Origin: Octopus sinensis
Lineage: Eukaryota
Direction: 5' to 3'
Assembly: GCF_006345805.1 (NCBI RefSeq)
Contig: NW_021830215.1
Span: 1 to 5,037 of the forward strand
DNA: 5,037 nt
Shown here: piece by piece, positions 1 to 5,037 of the stretch
How the letters are laid out: the number at the start of each line of letters is the position of its first letter
Numbering within the stretch: the first letter of the stretch is position 1
Program-made: the position numbers and the translations under genes
The notes under the pieces: generated by a model
Database searches by the model: none
The model's input: only the letters and a program-made list of their open reading frames with translations
What the model was told of the DNA's origin: nothing

Positions 1-34
1 GTCCAATATACTAACGATTCTGCCAGCTTATCGC

Positions 35-37
<3 letters not shown>
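1..37 (-). mobile_element. 5' head (A-box end) of a tRNA-derived SINE, running off the left edge of the window
   Basis: Reverse complement reads TAAGCGATAAGCTGGCAGAATCGTTAG with A-box-like TGGCAGAATCG. Similar to the head ends of copies near 4185-4197 and 4580-4605. Family assignment is from recall of an octopus SINE consensus. Confidence 0.6.
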
Positions 38-96
<59 letters not shown>

Positions 97-137
97 CATA
101 ATAATAATAATATAATAATCATAATAAATAATAAAAA

Positions 138-177
<40 letters not shown>

Positions 178-210
178 TAATAATAATAATAATAATAATA
201 TAATAAATAA
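36..210. repeat. (TAA)n microsatellite, perfect for ~60 nt then degenerate
   Basis: Directly visible. Confidence 0.97.
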
Positions 211-613
211 TTTTTATTAATGATATTTTTTTTAATGAAACAAGCAACAAAAAAATAGCAATAAATAATCTTGTAACGTGATTGATGATGAGAAAACTAA
301 CATATTTGATATGATTGATAGAGGTAGCAGATGCAAACACATATAAATACAGAAATATATTGTCATGGAAAGAGAAAATATATGTAAGAAAAAAAATAAT
401 AGCGGAAAGAATGTGTCAGAAAGAAAAAGCGGGACAGGATCATCCATTCTGATAGAAACTCTGGGAGGTATTATAATAAATAAATAGAGGAATTGGAGTA
501 GAACATAGGAAGGTGAACAGCATTGAGAATAAAATCCTAGACAAAGAATGTAGTGCAGATTATAGTTCTTGTCCTGGGATGTATCTTGGAATGCCATTTC
601 ATAGGTGAAAAGT

Positions 614-686
614 AGCATACAGATACAGACATGCATACACACACAACTACATATATACATACATATAAATACATACATACATATAT
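614..686. repeat. Mixed (TACA)/(CA)/(TA) low-complexity tract
   Basis: Directly visible. Confidence 0.85.
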
Positions 687-968
687 TGGATTTGGTAGAC
701 GGAAACTGAAAGAAGCCCGTCGTATATATGTATATATTTATGTATGTGCGTGTTTGTGTCTGTGCTTGTCCTCCCAGCATCGCTTGACAACCGATGGTGG
801 TGTGTTTACGTCCGTAAATTAGCGGTTCGGCAAAAAAGAGACCGATAAAATAAGTACTAGGCTTACAAAGAATAAGTCCTGGGGCTGATTTGATCGACTA
901 AAGGCGGTGCTCCAGTATGGCCACAGTCACATAGCTGAAACAAGTAAAAGAGTAAAGAGTAAAGAGAG
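687..968 (+). mobile_element. 5'-truncated octopus-type SINE (body plus 3' end with AGTAAAAG/AGTAAAG tail)
   Basis: GGATTTGGTAGACGGAAACTGAAAGAAGCCCGTCG...internal TA/TG tract...CGCTTGACAACCGATG...AAGGCGGTGCTCCAGTATGGCCACAG...GCTGAAACAAGTAAAAGAGTAAAGAGT closely matches a recalled abundant octopus SINE. Its 3' end (903-941) recurs inverted at 2423-2463. No Pol III head is present. Confidence 0.8.
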
Positions 969-1034
969 TATATATATATATATATATACATGTATATATG
1001 CATATGTCTCTATATAGCTATACCTATATCTATT

Positions 1035-1111
<77 letters not shown>
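969..1111. repeat. Compound microsatellite: (TA)n, (CTAT)n at 1036-1081, (TA)n at 1083-1111
   Basis: Directly visible. Confidence 0.95.
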
Positions 1112-1116
<5 letters not shown>

Positions 1117-1302
1117 TACACACAAATATATGTTATATTCTATTGTATTATATTAAATGTATGCTATACATACCTTAATTATATAATATAAAATAATCTA
1201 AATTTGTATATATATATATGCAAAGTAAGAAAATGGAGAAATACATCCAAATCAAATATCAATTACCAGATAATACCCAATCACATACTTTATTAAACCA
1301 CC

Positions 1303-1404
1303 ACATATATGTATACATATATATATATATATATACATATAAATACAGATATAAATATAAATATATACATACATACATACACACACACATACATATATAT
1401 ATAT
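1303..1404. repeat. Compound (TA)/(TACA)/(CA) microsatellite
   Basis: Directly visible. Confidence 0.9.
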
Positions 1405-1594
1405 GCAAATATAATTAAAAGATAAAAATCATTAAAACTTTTATCAGTGGCCAGTATACAAAATCGACCTATTTTAGGTAAATTCATATCTAGAGATTTA
1501 TAGAAGTCTGAAATACAATTATAATGAAGGACATAGAGGATTTTGTGCTTCTATGCTGAAGTTAGAATCTAAATCCGTCCAACCACTCTAAATC

Positions 1595-1720
1595 ACGTTA
1601 TGACAATGTTAGAGAGTTCGCCTTCCAGGGAGAAGCCGGGACAAGGTTGTTTTGTGCAAGACCAGTGCATACCAATCTTCCCTCCCCAGGCCACTAATGT
1701 CATGTAAGGGAAAGGCAAAG
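1595..1720 (-). mobile_element. Probable internal/3' fragment of a SINE (possibly the same family as 3541-3700)
   Basis: CAAGACCAGTGCATACCAATCTTCCCTCCCCAGGCCACTAATGTCATGTAAGGGAAAGGCAAAGG resembles the antisense of a recalled octopus SINE body. There is no second copy in the window, so this rests on recall only. Boundaries are approximate. Confidence 0.4.
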
Positions 1721-1779
1721 GTATGTATATTGCCAGTTCAGGGGCAGGGTGCGATTTACGGGTATGAGAAAATACATTT

Positions 1780-1979
1780 ATACACCTATATGTAATATGC
1801 ATATTATGTGTGTGTGTGTTCAGAAAGTCTGTAGAACATGAGGATTTAAGGAGCGGGGTCATGTAACCGACAAGCGTGAAGAGTTGGCTTTTCAAGTAAC
1901 ACCAAGATTGGCTCGAAAAAATGGGGGACGTACATCTATAGACAACACAATAGTCCTCTTCTGGATACACCTATATGTA
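1780..1979. repeat. Exact 15-bp direct repeat ATACACCTATATGTA (1780-1794 and 1965-1979) enclosing 170 bp
   Basis: Directly visible; the flanking bases differ at both ends of the two copies. Confidence 0.9.
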
Positions 1980-2044
1980 CAGAGGAGGATAAAACACATA
2001 GAAGAGATCATGTAAACAGTCAGTAAGAAAAGATGCTACTGGAA

Positions 2045-2126
2045 GCATGTATTTATGTATATATATATATATATGCATGTATTTATGTGTGTATATATAT
2101 ATATATATTTATGTATATATATATAG

Positions 2127-2158
<32 letters not shown>

Positions 2159-2197
2159 TGTGTATATATATATATGTATGTATGTATATGAATGTAT
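2045..2197. repeat. (TA)n/(TATG)n compound microsatellite
   Basis: Directly visible. Confidence 0.95.
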
Positions 2198-2199
2198 TT

Positions 2200-2386
2200 G
2201 CAGGAGTTTTATCCTGTTTTTACCTCCTACACTTCGGACTTCGCTCTGTTTATTTTCTCGTATTCCTTTCTGTTGAAGAGCGTAGGCTCGAAACCTAAAA
2301 GACTTTTTCACCTTCCCGGGCGTTAAACTAACACACCTCTTTGTTGTTTATGCACCTGTTTCCGTCTATTTTTTTTTTATTCCAAC
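2200..2386 (+). mobile_element. Penelope-like retroelement terminal-repeat (pLTR) or non-autonomous fragment
   Basis: Pyrimidine-rich segment with TTCCTTTCTGTTGAAGAGCGTAGGCTCGAAAC, a CTGNNGAA-hairpin-GAAAC layout typical of Penelope-like element repeats. Bounded on both sides by (TA)n. Resembles a recalled octopus repeat. Boundaries are approximate. Confidence 0.55.
2266..2301 (+). ncRNA. Atypical minimal type I hammerhead-ribozyme-like motif, probably inactive copy
   Basis: Stem I CTTT(2266-69)/AAAG(2298-2301); core CTGTTGA(2270-76) plus extra A; perfect stem II GAGC-GTAG-GCTC(2278-89); GAAA(2290-93); C; NUH triplet CTA(2295-97). Confidence 0.5.
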
Positions 2387-2399
2387 TATATATATATAT

Positions 2400-2463
2400 G
2401 ATTGATTGATTGATTGATTCTAGTTTCAGCTTATGAGCTGTGGCCATGCTGGGGGGCACCGCC
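2400..2463 (-). mobile_element. 3' end of a SINE with (CAAT)n tail
   Basis: Reverse complement GGCGGTGCCCCCCAGCATGGCCACAGCTCATAAGCTGAAACTAGAATCAATCAATC is roughly 80% identical by eye to 903-944 but has a different tail unit. Confidence 0.75.
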
Positions 2464-2464
<1 letters not shown>

Positions 2465-2537
<73 letters not shown>

Positions 2538-2548
2538 ATTTATATATA
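2465..2548. repeat. (TA)n microsatellite with a few interruptions
   Basis: Directly visible. Confidence 0.97.
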
Positions 2549-2549
2549 C

Positions 2550-2610
2550 ATCAAAGTAATCAACTAGTCCCCGCCGACAAATGTTCCGGCCTGTGCCTTT
2601 AGTAGAAAGG
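2550..2610 (+). mobile_element. 3' end of a tRNA-derived SINE leading into an (ATT)n tail
   Basis: GTAATCAACTAGTCCCC...GGCCTGTGCCTTTAGTAGAAAGG-(ATT)n matches a recalled SINE 3' terminus. It is the antisense counterpart of the left ends of the copies at ~4005 and ~4415. Confidence 0.6.
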
Positions 2611-2769
2611 ATTATTATTATTATTATTATTATATTATATTATTATTATTATTATTATTATTATATTATTATTATTATGATATTATTATCATCATTATTA
2701 TTTTATTATTATTATTATTATTATTATTTATTATTATTATTATTATATTATTATTATTATTATTATATT
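2611..2769. repeat. (ATT)n microsatellite, likely an expanded SINE tail
   Basis: Directly visible; starts immediately after TAGTAGAAAGG. Confidence 0.97.
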
Positions 2770-2791
2770 ACAAATATGATGACGATGGTGG

Positions 2792-3015
2792 TTTTATATT
2801 CCACTGGCAAAAGTCCACAAATGAATTCAGGAAGCAAATGTTAAATGATTGAATCGACGCCAATATATTTTCTTTCCCATAATTGTTCTACCCTAGATGA
2901 GGAACGACATAAAGTGGAAAAAAAAAAGAAAACATATCGCCCGGAGGATTTGATCACATTACATTGAGGAAGGGAACTGGCACAGCTAATAACTCGTTTG
3001 CCAAACCACACCATT
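2792..3015 (-). mobile_element. Highly decayed near-full-length SINE copy with an A-rich interruption
   Basis: Motifs occur in family order: TGGCAAAAGTCC, GATTGAATCGACGCC, AAAGTGGA, AGGATTTGATCACATTACATT (compare 4812-4832 AGGATTTGAACTCAGAACATT), TTTGCCAAAC. Confidence 0.45.
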
Positions 3016-3059
3016 CCATACAGACTAAGTTTCTTACATTTTCCAGAAATACAGGAATA

Positions 3060-3275
3060 TTGCTATGTGAAGATATAAGTTTGTTCGAATTGGCAAAGAC
3101 GGTAGAGAGCTGGCTCCAGTGCGTTGATGCATCTCTATTGAGGTTAAATTCATCAGTAGGGTTTGATAACAATGTGCCATTCTAAGGTTAGGGAAATAGC
3201 AGAATTACTAGAGATTCCAAGAGGTCTTTTATATGTTCTGCTTCCGTATGACAAGTGTTCAGATATACTGCCTTC
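3060..3275 (+). mobile_element. Possible heavily eroded Tc1/mariner transposase N-terminal (HTH) relic
   Basis: Across frameshifts the peptides ED.S.FE (~3068-3088), KDGRE (3095-3109) and KVREIAELLEIPRG (3184-3225) occur in the order of mariner N-termini. Spacings are shorter than canonical and no TIRs or DD(D/E) domain are seen. Confidence 0.3.
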
Positions 3276-3540
3276 TGCGATTCGTAAAGGTGACACATCT
3301 GTTCAGTTGTTGATAACGTGGTAAGGAGTAAGCAAACCCTAAAAATTAATCGAACCTTCACCATGTTTTCAATTGATGAGATTGCTAAAAAGACTACCCG
3401 TCACTCACAAGCGAGTATAACGTGTTACTTTGTACGACGCTTTCACTTATTTTTGTGTGTGAGTAACTGTGAAATAACAAGATGGCTTTGACATCCTTTC
3501 TGTTCTTCTCCTACTGTTACACCAACCAAACATCAAAATT

Positions 3541-3700
3541 GTGACAGTTGCAGGTTCTCATTTTCTACAGAGTAGATCGGAAGAGCCTGAAATAAATTGT
3601 CCTTCTCAAGAACACAACTTGCTGTCCCATCAAGGAATCGAAACCACGATATTATAGTCGTGAGATACAACTCCCACTAACTTCGATGCTACACGCCTTC
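3541..3700 (-). mobile_element. 5' half of a tRNA-derived SINE (Pol III head plus conserved core)
   Basis: Minus strand reads GAAGGCGTGTAGCATCGAAGTTAG (A-box-like), an anticodon-like stem CACGA/TCGTG (3645-3662), B-box-like GTTTCGATTCC (3634-3644), then TTGTGTTCTTGAGAAGGACAATTTATTTCA, resembling a recalled SINE core. Confidence 0.65.
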
Positions 3701-4004
3701 GTTCAACTTTATCATACACTAATATACTAGAAATAGTGTCCCTTGCTCTGCTGTTAGGTGTTTCAACCGATGTTCTATTCGGCCCTTCTTAGGTACCTTC
3801 CTTAGTAGATAACATTGTCAGGGTTTCAAATCGATTATGGAATCCGAAACTAATAGCTCTAAAATCGTCTAATAAAAGGCCGTTTCACAATTCTAAGAAC
3901 GTAACCGGACTCGGCTGGCAACGAAAGAAAGTCAAGGACAGAACAATCGACACATATGTTGTTATTGTAATATAAAACCGACGGACTAGTAAAAATATAC
4001 CTAA

Positions 4005-4200
4005 TTCTTGCACAGGGTCTTCATAAACATTTTGAGGTGGGGAGGAACAGACCATTACATGGACCCCCAATGCTCAAGTGGTGCATTATTGTATCGATAA
4101 AAGGCAGTATCGACTTCAGCTGGATTTGAGCTCATAACATAAAGAACCGGAAAAATGCATAACGGCATTTTGTCGGGCACAGTAATGATTCTGCTAATAC
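4005..4200 (-). mobile_element. Decayed tRNA-derived SINE copy with a small internal deletion
   Basis: Degenerate B-box complement GGATTTGAGC at 4122-4131. Collinear with 4415-4605 and 4725-4890 (ATTACATGGACCCCCAATGCTCAAGTGG...AAAGGCAGTATCGAC...TAATGATTCTGC). Confidence 0.65.
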
Positions 4201-4217
4201 ACAGCATTTGTTACTGC

Positions 4218-4218
<1 letters not shown>

Positions 4219-4278
<60 letters not shown>
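4219..4278. repeat. Perfect (TAA)20 microsatellite
   Basis: Directly visible. Confidence 0.98.
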
Positions 4279-4280
<2 letters not shown>

Positions 4281-4414
4281 TTATGATCACGTAAACCCAA
4301 ATTCAAAATTTATACAATGCATGCATGAAATACCCATCATCCAGGTTAAATGGCGCTTTCATGTTGGCCTTCGTCACCGGCGAATTTGTGGAACACAGAA
4401 AATAATGGTACCAA

Positions 4415-4605
4415 AGTTTGGTACGGGGCCAAAGTTTGTTGAGTCGAGTCGGGAGTCAATTACCTCGTCCTCAGTTAGTAACTGGTACTTATTTTATGAT
4501 CCCGAAACGATGAAAGGGAAACCGGACTTCGTCGGAATTCAAACAGAGAACCTGAAGACGGACGAAATACCGGTAGGCAACGGTTTTGCAAGTTTGCGGC
4601 CTTAA
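4415..4605 (-). mobile_element. tRNA-derived SINE copy, best preserved of its family here, with a deletion near the head
   Basis: ACTGGTACTTATTTTATGATCCCGAAACGATGAAAGG...CGGAATTCAAAC...GACGGACGAAATAC...GCGGCCTTAA; B-box-like complement at 4534-4544. A possible 9-bp flanking repeat GAAAATAAT lies at 4398-4406 and 4615-4623. Confidence 0.75.
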
Positions 4606-4724
4606 AGAGATAAGGAAAATAATAAACAAGATGAAATGCATATTTAATAGACTCCCTGGTCTGTAATATGTCATTATATCTCTAATCACATCGATTTCTT
4701 AATTAGTATGCGTTTGAAGACTAA

Positions 4725-4890
4725 CTATAGTCAATTATATTGCTCCCAGTGCATGACTGGTATTTTTATTATGAATTTAAGTGGAATAAAAAGATAACAT
4801 TTCTTCCGACTAGGATTTGAACTCAGAACATTAGAAGAACCCTCGAAATAGTGTGAGATGCTTCACCCGACGATTTACTGTTTCTGGTCA
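4725..4890 (-). mobile_element. Decayed tRNA-derived SINE copy
   Basis: CCCAGTGCATGACTGGTATTTTTATT is collinear with 4470-4497. Intact B-box GTTCAAATCC on the minus strand at 4813-4822. Confidence 0.65.
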
Positions 4891-5016
4891 GCCAACCCGC
4901 AAGACAAGGTCAAAAATACGTCGAAACCCGATTCCAGATCGTAAAGATACGAAGTTAAAACTTGTGAAATATTGAATACAAACAATGCTGTAACTGTTGC
5001 TGGCTCTCAACCGTCT
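4891..5016 (-). mobile_element. Possible further, very decayed 5' half of the same SINE
   Basis: AAGACAAGGTC...GATTCCAGATCGTAAAGATACGAA...TAACTGTTGCTGGCTCTCAACCGTCT loosely follows the family motif order. Confidence 0.3.
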
Positions 5017-5037
5017 GCATTATACAATAATATTGCT

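Noticed and set aside
316-606. Purine-rich plus-strand stretch with TYKY...KEKI...GGII, faintly like the post-RT region of R4/RTE-type LINEs (YKYLG)
   Set aside because: The LG of YKYLG is absent, frames are broken by stops, and the resemblance is too sparse. A BLASTx against LINE ORF2 proteins would settle it.
232-780. 182-aa hydrophobic minus-strand ORF resembling a membrane protein
   Set aside because: It starts inside a SINE, crosses a microsatellite, and reads the T/C-rich complement of an A/G-rich tract, which naturally yields F/L/S/I. No recognisable motif.
1629-1726. Plus-strand exon candidate CCTTCCAG|G...AAG|GTATGT
   Set aside because: The good splice signals fall inside a probable antisense SINE fragment and the peptide is uninformative. 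Exonisation cannot be shown without RNA data.
1593-1896. Weak self-similarity between 1593-1628 and 1859-1896 (peptides DNVREFAFQ and DKREELAFQ)
   Set aside because: About 25 of 38 identities with two gaps and no extension into the flanks, which is near chance for a 5-kb self-comparison.
1593-1970. 125-aa minus-strand ORF
   Set aside because: GTG start within the 15-bp repeat, reads through a (CA)n tract and a probable SINE fragment, and has no recognisable domain.
2045-2088. 14-bp direct repeat GCATGTATTTATGT flanking (AT)8
   Set aside because: Best explained as higher-order slippage within the compound microsatellite; part of the unit recurs again at ~2106-2116.
119-2844. ORF-track ORFs rich in I/Y/L/H/T runs (119-340, 631-822, 990-1178, 1218-1418, 1293-1487, 2036-2311, 2047-2298, 2414-2602, 2581-2844)
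   Set aside because: They are translations of (ATT)n, (TA)n, (CTAT)n and (TACA)n tracts, which lack stops in some frames, joined to repeat fragments.
3150-3156. CTGATGA hammerhead core or snoRNA-box-like word on the minus strand
   Set aside because: No stem II or GAAA follows, and no matching box or terminal stem.
3588-3700. Possible tRNA gene on the minus strand
   Set aside because: The A-box is degenerate, there is no acceptor-stem closure or T-run terminator, and it continues into a SINE core, so it is a SINE head.
4552-4570. CTGAAGA-CGGAC-GAAA, a second hammerhead-like string
   Set aside because: CGGAC cannot form stem II and no stem I is evident. It is a mutated piece of the antisense SINE head.
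3885-4689. ORFs 3885-4070 (-), 4321-4605 (+) and 4489-4689 (-)
   Set aside because: Short frames running largely through SINE copies with no coding signature.
1-5037. CRISPR array, prokaryotic operon or defence system
   Set aside because: No regularly spaced 23-50 bp repeats with unique spacers and no prokaryote-like gene density. The content is typical of animal repetitive DNA.

Overview
AT-rich, microsatellite-dense eukaryotic non-coding DNA. It is most likely intergenic or intronic sequence from a coleoid cephalopod, probably Octopus; this is inferred from recalled octopus tRNA-derived SINE consensus sequences, not from a search. About half of the window is (TAA/ATT)n, (TA)n, (CTAT)n and (TACA)n tracts plus roughly eleven truncated or decayed SINE fragments, most on the minus strand. 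No ORF in the supplied track is a credible protein: most are translations of microsatellites or SINEs, and the rest are short and unrecognisable. The most interesting element is a ~190-bp Penelope-like terminal-repeat fragment between (TA)n tracts. It carries a minimal, atypical type I hammerhead-ribozyme-like motif (2266-2301) that is probably inactive in this copy. Weaker leads are a 170-bp segment bracketed by an exact 15-bp direct repeat (1780-1979) and a unique stretch (3038-3325). That stretch has exon-like splice signals on both strands and faint Tc1/mariner HTH-like peptide motifs. I cannot support a new multi-gene system from this window.
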